A stretch of DNA of 64,000 bases from Chrysomallon squamiferum (lineage: Eukaryota > Animalia > Mollusca), in contig CM022673.1 in assembly GCA_012295275.1 (NCBI GenBank), positions 16,616,001 through 16,680,000 of the forward strand, written 5' to 3'. A program made the translations under genes and the position numbers. Of the stretch, positions 15,739 through 29,929 are shown piece after piece (position 1 is the stretch's first letter; the number at the start of each line of letters is the position of its first letter). The notes beneath the pieces were generated by a model that made no database searches, was not told where the DNA came from, and saw only the letters and a list, made by a program, of their open reading frames with translations.

Positions 15739-17113
15739 ACTACTACTACTACTACTACTACTACTAACAATAATAATAATAATGATGATGATAGTAAATG
15801 ATGATTATAAAAAGTGTTTTTGTTTTCATAAACCTCAGTGATATGTAATAGAATTATAGCGCCAAATCAATAAGCAAGATAATTACGTTAAGAAATAAAA
15901 ATTGCAACTGATATTGTTCAAAATGTGATATTATGGTTTTCAGTGGCATAGAAAATGGCAGTCTGTGGATTGTGAAGACATAACGCTTGGTTTTGTTTGA
16001 GATAGATCTTTGTGAATTGATACAAAAGGTTCTTTATCTTTGGCGCTATAGCGTGTCCGTGCGACTGAATGTTTAATACACATTAATCAGTTCTTGGTTC
16101 TTGGCAGTGTTTTTGCTCTTAGTTTTTATCATTATAACATGACAATACTGAAGATTGTTTATAACAAGCTTGACTGTTGTAGTTCTTATATTTCATGTTA
16201 ATGCTGAACGTGTTAAAATGTTATTTCGTAAGTACTAGATTAATGTTCGTAAAGATGGTTTGCTTTGATAAACCATTAAATAGAAGAAACTATGCCTGTA
16301 TGTGTTTGTGTGCATTTATTTATTTATTTATTTATTTATTTTTTGTTTGTTTGTTTGTTTGTTTATTTATTTTTTAGTATTTATTTTTATATTAAATCTT
16401 TCGAGATCTTTCCATATCTTGTGGAAGAAACGCAGTCTTCGGTAAATGCTTGGGAATAACATGTGAAGAAGACAGAAACTGTAAAATATTTCAATTAATT
16501 AGCATTCCGCTTAGGCTAATACATTTTGTAGCTGTAAAGTATCTCAAAGTATATCAGTCAAGAATCTAATGTAGTATTTTATATCTGTCTCTAATAAAAA
16601 ATTATATAAACTACATGAATGTGTAACCCGAATGTTCAAATTATTATGAGCTAATGTTTTGAGTTTTTCATGCAACGCCGAAAACGTCAGAAGACTAATT
16701 AAACTAGACTTTTTAATTCTCTTTCTAAAGCAGAGCGGGATTAAAACAAAATATCAGAAACTCTACACCACTCTGTAATGTGCATCTATTTATTTTTTCC
16801 AATCATTACTACATTTTTTTTTTCTTGACGAAATATGAAGAAGAAGAAGAAAAATCGCTTTGCCCGCTAATCCAAGCGTTACGGCAGCTAAAGGAAAACA
16901 GATGTAACTCCAGTGATTTGCCTTCTATATCTTTGAGGTCTGAAAAGGAATGCGCAACTTGTTGCTTCCTTTAATTGCAGTACAGTAGGGCTATGAGCTA
17001 GTATCGGGTTTGCCTCGTAGTTAATAAGTGTGTCGAGAACCGTATTCTTCCATGCTTTTTGCTAGTGTGAGCCCTCACCAAGGTCGCCAGGTGAACTCGA
17101 GTTTCGCCCTCTC

Positions 17114-17188
17114 AGTCGAGTGGCGAAATTCAGCAGGATTTCGTATAAAAGATAGATTCTGTGGTTTAGCGGTTCAGAGCTGTCAGAG
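17114..17188 (+). other. Candidate non-coding first exon (5' UTR) of twitchin
   Basis: CpG-rich patch with Inr-like TCAGTC at 17112-17117, E-box CAGGTG at 17088-17093 and donor AG|GTATGT at 17189. The ATG exon has its own acceptor (ttgcag, 18536), so an upstream exon is expected. Confidence 0.5.
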
Positions 17189-17652
17189 GTATGTTTCCTT
17201 TTCTAGTTCATTTACGTTATTATTTTTAATTTTTCGGAAATTTATAAATTTTAATTTGTTGTGTTGTTTAACTTTTGCAGTGGTCATGAAACAGTGTTAA
17301 ATAAATAACAAAGGATTCCAGTTGGTTTTTCTTGGTTCTTATAGTCTTGACAATGATTGGAGATAACAACTTTTATCAAATGTAAATGATGTTTGTTACC
17401 AATTAGAAACAGTTTTCAATAATAAGAAACAGACGACTCTCTAACTGTCCTTGACCTTTATGTGCTGTCTTCGAGTAGGTAGGTGATCTTCTCTGAAAAT
17501 AATAATGTGTGTACTTGTGGTGTTGTGTGTGTTTGTCCATGAACTGATATACGTGCTTGTGAGTATGTTAGTGTACGTATGTGCTTGTTGTACATGAGAT
17601 AGTATGAATGTGTTTGTGCCTGTGCATGTGTAAGATAGATAGATAGGTAAAC

Positions 17653-17656
<4 letters not shown>

Positions 17657-17740
<84 letters not shown>
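17657..17740. repeat. (GA)n microsatellite
   Basis: Direct reading. Confidence 0.95.
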
Positions 17741-17742
<2 letters not shown>

Positions 17743-18147
17743 AATGTTTTCCAATGAATGCATGGGTGGCTTTGTTTGTTTATTGCAAAAGCAATTTATT
17801 AGCACATTCAATTTTGATTTGCCTCCGTTCTGAAATAGCGTTTAATCTGATGCCGATGACAAACAATAAACAAACTATTTACTTGTTGCATGCAATCAAA
17901 CAATGTCCGTTACTTTTAAATGTTAGTACACTAATCTGTGGAAAGGTGAAACTCACCATATGCTGCTGTTCAGTGATTATTCACAATCCAAACAGAATCT
18001 ATAAATATTCTCCCTAACAGTGAACTATATAAATTACATATTTTTCAATATTAACATTATTTCTTTAATTTTTTTCTTTCATTTATTTTATTATTATTTT
18101 GTTTCTGCAGATGTAAATGAAAACCTAAATTAAAAAAAAAAAAAAAG

Positions 18148-18188
<41 letters not shown>

Positions 18189-18561
18189 AACAAAAAGAAA
18201 AAGAAAAAAGAAAAGGAAAACAATTATAAATGTACCATTTCAAAGTCTCGCTCTTTCATTTTCTGTAAGACTATCTGCCTGTCTAACGTTTTCCACACAT
18301 TCATACATACATACAAACATACATGGACACACCCACACCCACACCATACACATATATTTTATAATTATACATACACAGATACATACATACATACATTCAC
18401 ACACACACACATATATACATACATACACACATATTCAGACATATACATACATACATACATACAAACATGAATATCACCCAAACACACGTATGCATTTGCC
18501 ATCTAATATGCTAATACGTTTTGTTATGTATTGCAGGTCTTAGAGGGTCAAGATCAGCGAC

Positions 18562-18871
18562 ATGGGGGTCGACACAGCCCCACGCTTCACTCAGAAGCCA
18601 TCTTTAAAACAAGAAGATGGAGGCCAAAGACTCATTTTTCAGTGTGCATTGGAGGCTTCCCCGAAACCCGATATTTCGTGGTTCAGGGGTGATACCCCAG
18701 TTAGTAATTCAGACAGGATTAAAATGCGGGTGGATCCAGTTGCTGGTGGAAATGCCTTCAATATTTTTATGGAAATTTTTGGTGTCAGCCAGGGAGATGC
18801 AGGGACATACAAAGTTGTGGCCAAAAACAGACTAGGGGAAGTGTCTGCGTCTATCAATCTCAACTTTAGTG
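18562..18871 (+). CDS. unc-22: Twitchin coding exon 1: Ig1 (exon begins 18537 with 25 nt of UTR)
   Basis: Acceptor ttgcag ends 18536, ATG 18562, donor G|gtgagt at 18872, phase 1; complete I-set domain. Confidence 0.95.
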
Positions 18872-19175
18872 GTGAGTGTTAACTTGATACCTTTCTTTCT
18901 GTTTAGATTTTGATATTTTACTTTATCACTCTACGGCTATGTCTGTCTGTCTGTCTATCGATCTGTAGCTATCTCGGGGTCTGTGTATCTGTCAGTATAT
19001 CTACCTATCTGTCTGTCTGTCTATATATGTCTCTGTGTCTGTCGGTCTATTTATATTTACTTGTCAATGTGTGCATGTAATATATCGTTTCTGATTAAGA
19101 GATCAGCAGAAAAACGATACACGGTTACTTCTACTTAAATATCCCCCTAATTTTATTAAAATTTTCCTACCTCAA

Positions 19176-19223
<48 letters not shown>

Positions 19224-20166
19224 TAGTTTGCTGTTGTTTTTCTAGTTGAAATGAACAGAAATAATTTTATTTATAATAAAATTGTGAGAGGCTATCTACA
19301 ATAACAGACCTACTGTATAAAAATTTGCGCTCAAAAGAGGTAAATCTACGTTTTGTTATTCATTACTGTTGATCTACTGGCAGTGAAAAACAAATAAACG
19401 TTTTAAGTACAATAAGGTCAGTATGTTCTCGTTTAAAGAAAAATAGACGTTGTTTTCTAAAAGACATGCCTGTTCAGTGTATAGGTAGGTACACGAGGCC
19501 TAATGTACGGAAATACGGTTATCGCAGTCTGGCGTTTTCCCCGCAACAGACTATACATTATAAACCGTTGCTTAGCAACACCCTATCTGCGGTAGCCCAC
19601 TGAGCACCACTCACTGTGCGTGTTAAGGAAAAGTGAACAGATTTCCAGTGACATTGTCATGTAAACTTACCTTTCTGGGAGGGCTTTTTTTTTTTTTCAA
19701 GATGCTGTACATACTTACCTGCCAGAGCTAGTTCAAATTGCTATCTATAATAAAACCATATGTTACATACGTGGTTTTCTGTTGCTGTTTCTACAGACAG
19801 GGATTTTGTTGTGAGCGTTTTTGTATCTTAAGTAAGAAAGCAGAATGCTTGTAACTGCCACTGTTAAACTTAGAAAATAACAGTTATAAATTAAATAAAA
19901 CTTTTTTATAATTTTTTTTTATTTTTTATAATAATGAAATAACAAAAAACACCACCAAGAAGCATACATAAACAAAATGTTATAAAAAAAAAAAAAAAAA
20001 AATCCCCATAACCCCCAAATTATTAAAAATAATGATACATTAAAAAAGAAAAAGAGAAGAAAAAAAACCCCAAAACAATAACAAAAAACAACCAAAACAC
20101 AATCCCCCCAAAAAAATCTCTGAATTTTTATTACTTTGTTTGTAGTTTCGAGTATACCAGAATATT

Positions 20167-20246
<80 letters not shown>

Positions 20247-21442
20247 ATAAATACAATAAATCACTAAATTACGTATGACCACATATCGTGTTGTCGTACA
20301 TCATTTAATAGGATGGTGCTGAATAAATAAATTTGAAAGAAAACTGTGGGGACAAAAGAGAAGATTAAATTAAAGAAATATATAACATATTTAAAACAAT
20401 ACAAATTATTAGGCAATATATTTTCATAATTCAGAACTAAACCTGATAAAGTAAATCGATAAAGTTTATTTGTTTATTATTATTATTATTTAAATTTTTT
20501 AAATATTAGAAAAAACCTTTAAACATTATTTCTTATTAACGCTGATTTGTTCTGAATTATCAACCCTTTTAAATTATTATATTTATTAACAGTTTTTCAA
20601 AAAGTTTTCTTCAATATTAACCGGGCAGAGATTATTAATTATAAATGTTGAAGAATCAGAATCTAATCATTCAAGAAGTTCGTCTGAAACCTGTATCTTG
20701 AAAACGTCATTTCTGAGTATAGTAAGAGCATTGTCTGCATAGCCAAACTTTTGCCAAAGAGTGCAATTAATATTGGAGTAATTTTTATCATGCTTCCTTC
20801 AAAGAACTGTTAGAGGACTTACAAGTGCATCCTGACTTCGCCTAAAAAGTTGTACACAAGAAAAGTTGTTGTTGCTAAAAACATTACCACGGCAGATATA
20901 TGATTTCAGATTTAGAATGTTTTAATCATTAAGTTCATAATTAATGTCATAAATATATTTATTTTCTCTTAAAACTGCCAACCAACTTGGTTTTTCCATT
21001 ATTTATAATGATTGTATTGTTTAGGTTGTTCAATTGTTAGAAAGTTAAATAAGACTTATTCAGTTGTTAGGAAGTTAAATAAGTTATTCAAATGAATGAA
21101 TGTTTAAGAAAACATTAGCATGAAATTCCATCGGCTTTAAAGTGTCATACATAAATATATGAAAAGGTTAATAAAATGATCTACAGTTTAAATTATAACA
21201 CAGTGTATTATTGCTTCACAGGAACTTGAATTATTGTTAAATTCAGTCCTGATCGGTAAGGGAAATGAACAACAACAAATAATAATAAAAATGAAGGCAA
21301 CTTCACTTTGATTTATGAGTTTATTTCATCATTTACTATTTTGTAAAATTTTATTTCATTTAATAATTATGTATTTAATAACTTGTTTTCTTCTGTTTTT
21401 CTTCCAGCCGGGCAGCAAAAACAGTAAGTATTACTCTGTTTA

Positions 21443-21536
<94 letters not shown>

Positions 21537-23199
21537 GAAGACAGTAAGTTACAAAAGACAGATATAATACAGATGTAAAAACTAGTAACTGACATATAAA
21601 ACACAGATGTAAAATCCAGCAACCTCATAGAAAGACCTAATCATCGTCTGTTTAATGTTGGTTTGTTGCTAAAAAACACACAAAAACAGGCCATTTTCAT
21701 CTGTTTTGAAATTATTACTCTTCGTATATCACACAGTGTAAACATATCTACAAAGTTATTTACCTCAGCGGGAACAAAACTGAAATATAACTTCAGGTAA
21801 TATCGGCAATGTTCGTATTTGTTGTAAAATAAAAAAAGAGAACAGATCCCTTATATTTTCTCACAGTGATGCACATTTGCAACATGTTATTGTAAATAAT
21901 GTTTGTACAATTTCGCACACTTTGTTTATTTACACGGCACCCAGGAATCTGGCAATACCTTATCAAAATATATACGGCTCCTACAAAATAGCTACCGTTG
22001 CAAAATTAAGACATCAAACAAAACAGATGGCACCCACTGCGAGATATTAAACGTATCGAAAGAATAACTTTCCGTGAATCATGCTAATACAGTAATTTGT
22101 CTCCGTAAATTATGTAATCTCTAATTTTTCATTTTAGTTTTTAACTAAAATGAAATATTCTAAAGCTACATAAAAATAATTAAAAAAAAAAAGAGAAAGA
22201 AACAAATGCCCTGCTTTTCGATTATTGTTTGTAAATGATTCCATCAATAAATTTTAAAACCGTTCTAGTATTATTATTATTTAAGAAATTGCTGACTTCC
22301 TAAAATAGACAGCATTCTTTTCTGTACAAAAATACTTTTAATATCTTTTCCCTGACATTTAATAAACACAACCTGAACATGAGGTAAATAAAGTCTTTGT
22401 GCGGTTTTTTTTTCAGTTAGTTGCACATTCTTGATAATATTCGTAATACCTTGCTTCCCTGAAACAAGATAAGAACGATTTAAGTAAACAAACGATAGAT
22501 ACACGAACGCGCCTTTGCAGACATGACAAGAAATTGAATATGAAAAGAACACTGGTTCCTAGAGCCGTACCGATCACCCGATAAGGGAGCCGCGCTTGTT
22601 ACAAGATGGCGGAATGCCAGTCAAAACTCTCACCTTTACTGTCGGGAAAACCACCTGTTTTCGTTAGGGAAATATCATACAGATGTACACATGCCAGTTC
22701 AATTATGATATCTAAATATAAACGAAGACATTATGTATAGACGATAATGTTGTATCGTATGTAACAACACAAAATTTATAAAAACCAAGATTGAGATTCG
22801 AAATATAACAATGTACACAAACGTTTATAAAAAATAAAAATAAATAATAAAAAGAGATTTTAGTTTCAAAAAAACATTTTATTATACTGTAATAATTATT
22901 TATTTATTTAATCATTTATTATTATTACTGGTAAAAATATAATACAAAGATTTCAAAAATGTATGACGTTTATACAGCCGTACCGAAACAAGGAATTTAA
23001 AATTAAAATATATTTGGGCAAATGTAGCTGTTAAAAGGAACTTAAGATCAGAATTTATAAACCCATACGTACATATTTTTAAATAAATAGAAATGGTAAG
23101 TAATTGTTATAATATTTTCATAATATTCTTATCGTTTTGGAGCAACTGGTGTCTTATGTTCTCTCTCTTTGTGTTTTTTTTTTTTTTATTAATTAATTA

Positions 23200-23233
<34 letters not shown>

Positions 23234-24325
23234 TTTTTTTTTTTTTTTTTTGAGGCATGGTGCTTCTTCCCCATTTATTTATTTATTTCTGAACTGATGA
23301 AATATGTGAAACAGAACCCGTCGCTGTTACTCCATCCCTATTTTCATTGACTAGCAAGCAATTCGAAAACAAAAATTCGGAATAACAATTGCATCAGAAA
23401 ACAGACCATGGATGTGTGGGTTTCTTTAGTTACGAGGGGACGACGCTCATGAAATATGCCATTAACAGACGACTGTTTCCCAGAAACCGTTATGACTCCG
23501 GCTCATACGTTAAGTTAATAGCAGACAATAGCTTCGTGTTTTGATCAGTTCAGGTCCCTGGTTTCAGTTAGGCCATGTCGAAATCAACAGCGAAGGAATG
23601 CAATTACGTACAGCTGTATTTTCCAAAAACAGCAGAAATGAAAACAGATACCTGCCGGTGTTTTTGTTACAACTGCATTGAATCTCTCGCTGTCTGTGCT
23701 TTGATCTTCAATATAAATATCTACCCTCTGCTGTCACTTTGGTGTGTATGTGAGTGTGTTTGTGCGCGTGTGTGCGTGCGGGCGCATATGTGTGAAAGGT
23801 CATGTTATAATGTATTTTCCTGTCTATGGGAAGATGCATCTAGCTGCAGGTAGACAAAAAAATGCAACAGAAACAAATGGTTTACCTTTCATTATGTCAT
23901 TACAGCAAAAACAGAATGGTAACATTAATAATGAAACGAGTTGTTTCTTTTCTTTTTGGTTTTGTTAAAAAAATGATTTAAAAAAAATAATAAAAAATAA
24001 TTCACATGTTGGAGATCAATCACTGAGACAGGACTTATAAACACTGAACAGAATAAAACGTCTTGTTACGTTCATGTTTCAAAACAGTCCTTGTTTCTTT
24101 CAGCGCTTCTCTCTGATGTTGGTTTTTCTTATCAGTACAGTTCGTAAAAGTGGATAACTTTTCAGGCTGTTCATCATTATTTCAGCAGAACATCAGCCTT
24201 TCCTGGCCGTTTCGAACATATATCCTACAGGGTGACATGTTAGACAGCAAATAACTACTAAGCACAACCGATACACACCACGTTAGCCGAAGACCGCACG
24301 GGGTGTGGTTTTGTCTTTTATCTGT

Positions 24326-24402
<77 letters not shown>

Positions 24403-25831
24403 ATATAACAAATGAAAGAAAGAAAAAAGAAAAGTAAAACTAAAAATGGAGCGACAAACTGATTTCAGTAGCAAATCTGTATTAAAAACAAGGCTGTTCT
24501 TTCTTTTACGAAGTTCACTGTGAAATTTCTGTAATTTATAACGCTATTTTATTCGGTGGACCCGCTATATCCATCGGCCTTGGTTCGCATTTATCGCGGG
24601 GGCGCACACAGCACTCACAAATCTCGCAGCACGCGCTGGTTGCAGACACAGCTGGATTGCCACCTGTCTACAAACGTATAAATTAAAGTAGAAATTTATC
24701 TGGATGGGTCGAAGATGCCAGACATGGATTTATTTACATTCTCCGATTGGCGGTGTCTATGCCATGTATTTTGGAACTGTGCCTGTAAGTGAATAAATCC
24801 GACAACATTTTTCTTATCTGAAGATGTGACAGCCACTGCGATCTACAAAAAAGAAAACATGACATAGGAACTTCGTGATGAATACTGAACAGTTTTATCA
24901 TTACCATATTTTTTATCATGTGCCTTAGACTCCTTGGCACAGACACCCCTTTTTTAATAATGTAAATAATGTGAAGATTTAAAATAAATTATCAGTAAAT
25001 TTTAATATTTTATTTAATTAATTAATTAATTAATTTATTTATTTATAAAAATTACAAGTTAACAAAAATACAGTCAAATACATAAAACTCAAATACAATA
25101 CAACAAGCATGTCAATAAAAACCATGGAAAATTGGAAGGCCATATAAATGTATTTTAATAAAAAACATATTGCCAAATTCATCTAAAATTATTTTTTGTG
25201 TGTTTAGTCAGAATTTTAATCTTTTTTTTTTTTCTTAATAAAAATTAACAATTATTTAACTTTTTTTTAGAAACTGAATTTGATATTGAATAAAAATGTT
25301 TCACATTTTTACCAGTAATAATAATAATAATAATAAATCATGGGTATCATATAGGCTAAATTCCGGATTTTAATTGAAATTACAAATATATATCAAGTTT
25401 AATATTTTTCAATAGTTCATATAATGATTTGGCTTAGATTTAACTCTTGGTTTTTCGAAAGATTGTAAACAAATTTCAAAGTGTTTGCTCCAAAAATATT
25501 AACATATATTATTATTATTACTATTATTAATCTTTATTTATTATTATTATTTTATGTTTTTGTGTGTGTTTTAGAAAAATAATGAAATCTCTGCAGGAAT
25601 ACTTTTACAAAAGCAAAACAATATTTGCAAAGTACATACATACATGTATACATACATAAATACATGGATATTAAAGAACTTTTTTTTTAAGTAGAACATC
25701 TGGCTTCAACTTATTATTTTACATAAGAATTATTTATGTTGATAAATATTTATAAACTATCATGAAAGTATACAATTAATTTTAAATATATTTGCAAAAA
25801 AAAGTAAATAAATAAAAATAAAAGAATTGTA

Positions 25832-25873
<42 letters not shown>

Positions 25874-26148
25874 CCGGATAGTTCAGCAGTAAATCAGACA
25901 AGCATTTGTGTTGTGCTTGCAGCTGCCACCAGTCATAATGATGGCTCCAATTAAATTACATGAATGTCTGCACCAAAAGAAAGCAGCTGAAGCAAAGTAA
26001 ATATTTTTGTTTGCTGCATCAGATGTTCCAGATGTAGTGGTTCTGTTCACTACACCTGTTTGCAATCTACCTGTGTATACTTGTACAGATACACATAGGA
26101 AGATGGACAGTATGAACCTCTTTTTCCCCCCTGTTCTTCTTCTTCTTA

Positions 26149-26186
<38 letters not shown>

Positions 26187-29100
26187 TAAAAAACAAAAAT
26201 TAAAGTGTTTTGATTTTGGATGTTAAAAACTATCTTAGATTTCTTGCTAATATGACTGTTTAATATTTTACTTTTTGTTATGCTATATTCTTTTATCTTG
26301 AGAATAATATCTGATTTAACCATTTGTTTTTTGTTGTTTTTTTTGTGTGTGTGTGTGTGTGTGTTCATGCATATAAATATAAACTGACTGAAGTGTAATA
26401 TTACTGTTCAGAATAGAATTATGTTTATTCCATTTTTATCTTTGCTTAAGAATATCTTTTATTTATTTTTCAGACAAGATGGGATTGCTCCAAATTTCAC
26501 TCAGAAGCCAGTCACCCGACAAGAAGACAATGGGAAGAAACTGATTTTTGAGTGCTTGTTAACAGCAGACCCAGCCCCAACCATCTCTTGGTTTAGAGAT
26601 GCTCAGCCTATCCAGCAAGGCGGTAAACTATTATACTCTAGATTTATAAACAGTATTTTGCAAGCATCTTGTTAACACAGAGAGAGTAATTGCCTGCAAT
26701 CATTACATTTCTTATGGCAGTTTTATTAATCAGACTGCACTGATAAATGTACATTTTTGTTGTTTATCTACAAACTCCTCTACCTATTTCTATCATTGTA
26801 TGTACTTCAGCAGCATGTAACAGTAACAAAAAATTAAATTAAATCTCAAGTTCATGCGGTTTGTAATCTGTGCCTATAGAGTATTAAACTGTAAAGTTGT
26901 CATGCCAGTTTATTAAAATTACCATACGGAATTAACTACTTGTAGTCCCAGGAGGTAAGTGAAATGTCTTGCTACTGAATTTATTAATTTGTTCTTTCAT
27001 TACCCTTCAGAACTGATTCACACATCCAATTTGAAGTAATCACTAAATTGTACTTACAGTTCTGTCAGTAGGAGATAATGTTTGAGCAGATAAACTGGCT
27101 AGTGAATAAGTTATTAAAATTTAATTTTATGCTGCAGATAAAAACGATGATACTGATAAATCACATTAAGTGTTTCACTTGAGTAGCACTGCAGTAATTT
27201 CAGTTTTGATAATGTGATGCAAAAATTCAGTGCTTAGCAATTTGATGAATTTATATTTTATCTGCTGTTAGAGAAAGGCTTTTATGGTGCTGTTAAGTAT
27301 ATAAAACAAACCAAAAAAATAAAAATAAAAATGTTCATAAATCTTAAGGTGCTACTTGAGCCAAAAATATTTTTTTTATAAACCTATTTGTAGTCTGAGT
27401 GCAAAATCTGTGGTAGGTAGTACAATTTTACTTGATTTATATGTACATCTGCAGAAACAAATCAGATTGGCACCACCCAGTAAATAAATTACATGGTCAC
27501 ATAGAATTGTAATTAGTAAAGATGCAAACAATTTTGAATAAACTTATAAAACCTATTAGGAGATGGAGATCAGAATAGGCTGAATATCCTTGCACTGACT
27601 GAAAATGTGGTCCTAATTTTATCTATTCTTCATTTAAAAGTTAGTTGCTTTTTATTTGGCTCAATAAAATAATTGGGCAGATTCAGATATTGTTGATTTA
27701 GTAAGTACATAATCATGCCATAATAAAAAGAAATTTGACATTACCAGATAATTTTTATTTCAGAGTAAGCTGAATGTATGAAATTTGTTAATATTGTTGT
27801 TTTTCAGAGAACTGTTTTTTCATTTTCTGTTTTATATTCATTAAATTCACTTTTACATAAGGATAATGAATTTATATTCCAGTGTGTGTTCTTTCCAGTC
27901 TTTTATGAAGAATATAAAACAAAAATTACTGCTAAATGATTATAACTTTAAAATGTCACTTTAAAAAAAAAAATTCAAATTTTATAATCACTAATATAGA
28001 AATGTATTGTTGTATCATTAAACTTGTTCTTATCCTTTCAGGCCGATACACAATGAAAACACAACCTCGTGACCAAAAGCAGTATTTTGTAGCTCTAGAG
28101 ATAAAGGATGTGGCAGCACAGGATGGTGGAAATTACAAAGTTACAGCAAAGAATGCTCTTGGAGAAAGCAATGCAACAATTCGACTTAATTTTGATAGTA
28201 AGTTTTTTTGCATTTATTAACAAACTTATTGCTTATGATTTAATAACAGCAGTAACAAAAATAAAAAAAAAAAAAAAAAAAAAATAACAACCCCAGAATT
28301 CAGTTATGATGAAAACAGACACAATAAGTGAATAAAAATCAACTGCAGAATTCCAGCAAGATCCAAATTCGGTTAAATTTACTTTGCTTAATAAATTGGG
28401 TATAAGGATAATGCATTAATTTTATTAAATATACATCCTTTTCAAACTAAACTGTGTGAATGTATGACTAATTAAAATTTTATAAACTGTTACTTATCAA
28501 ACAAAACAAAATCATTTTAATATTAGACTGTAGTGCTAATATTTTGTTAAAAAAGTATTGCTTACAAAATTTATTTTAGTTTAATGTTTTTTGGAATGAA
28601 TGCATGAATAATTTGTTGATGTCTCAAATCATATAAAGCAGTACTTTTTAAAATTTAATTTTTATTAAAACAGTTTTATTTCTTTTTGTAACAATAGCTA
28701 AGAGTGAATAAATAACTAAGTTTTCAGTTTGCAGATTTTTCTAATAAAATATATGATTTATTATTTTTATTAATGTTTTTTTTTTCTTCTTTTTAATTTT
28801 TTTAAAATTGAATATGCTTTATTTATGTTTAATCATTATTTTTGTTCTGTATCTTTAATAATAATCATTTTGTTTATTTGTTCAAGCTAGTCTACATTGG
28901 GCATATCAAAAATTATGAGAGTAAATTAAAATAAAAGACAAGAAGATGAATAAATTGAAATATAGTTATTATTAAATATAGTTAATAGTTTATAATAATG
29001 TTTTTAATAAATTATTTTTGTATTATCACAAAAAAGTGTTATTTTAATGTATGTTCTCCACACTGTGAAAAAAAAACCCCCAAAACTTTAAATGGTTAAC

Positions 29101-29895
29101 AGTTGTTTTTGAAAAAGGAATGTGTGACACTTTTGAAATTCTTCTTAATATTACAATTACAGAAATTAACATAATTATGATATGCTCAATGTAGCTATGG
29201 CCACTGCTGTGCCATTAACAGATTAATCTGCTCTTAATGCAAATTGATAACACTATAGGTTCAGAGACAAGCAAGACAAAAGGAACTAGACCTGTGTTTA
29301 CTCAGAAACCAGCAATACGTCAAGTTGGTGACAAAATTGTCATAGAATGTAAACTTACTGCAGAACCCAAACCCACAATACAGTGGCTTTTGGGTAACCA
29401 GGAGGTGGTAACTGGGGGACGTTTTAATAAAATGCATGTCTCTGATGGAGCCAACCACACCATTACTTTAGAGATTGCCCAAGTGAATTTGAAAGATGGT
29501 GGCGAATATAAGGCCATTGCAAAAAATATAAATGGAGAGGCCACTGCTACCATCACTCTTAATTTTGAAGGTGGGTTTTGCATTAATAGTCTGAAAATAT
29601 ATATAAATATATATATTTTTTGAGAACAGAAATGAAAAAATTTATAAAACTTAACAATTAAACTAATTTGCATAATAACTGTATTGATTCAAAGTTGTGT
29701 GATGTGATCAAGAAAACTAATCTCTAAAGATAAAGCTGCATGAATTTTTAGAGACTTTTCTAAAATTAACAGTTTATTTTGTAGCTTTTCTTCATGTTTT
29801 TCACTAAATTCTCAAAGAAATGGACATTAGTAAATTAATTAAGGATTTATTTTTTTAAATCTGTTATTTATCATCATTATTGTTATTACTATTAA

Positions 29896-29929
<34 letters not shown>

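Noticed and set aside
19711-19730. ATACTTACCTG, identical to the U1 snRNA 5' end
   Set aside because: Similarity stops after about 11 nt; no U1 stem-loops or Sm site
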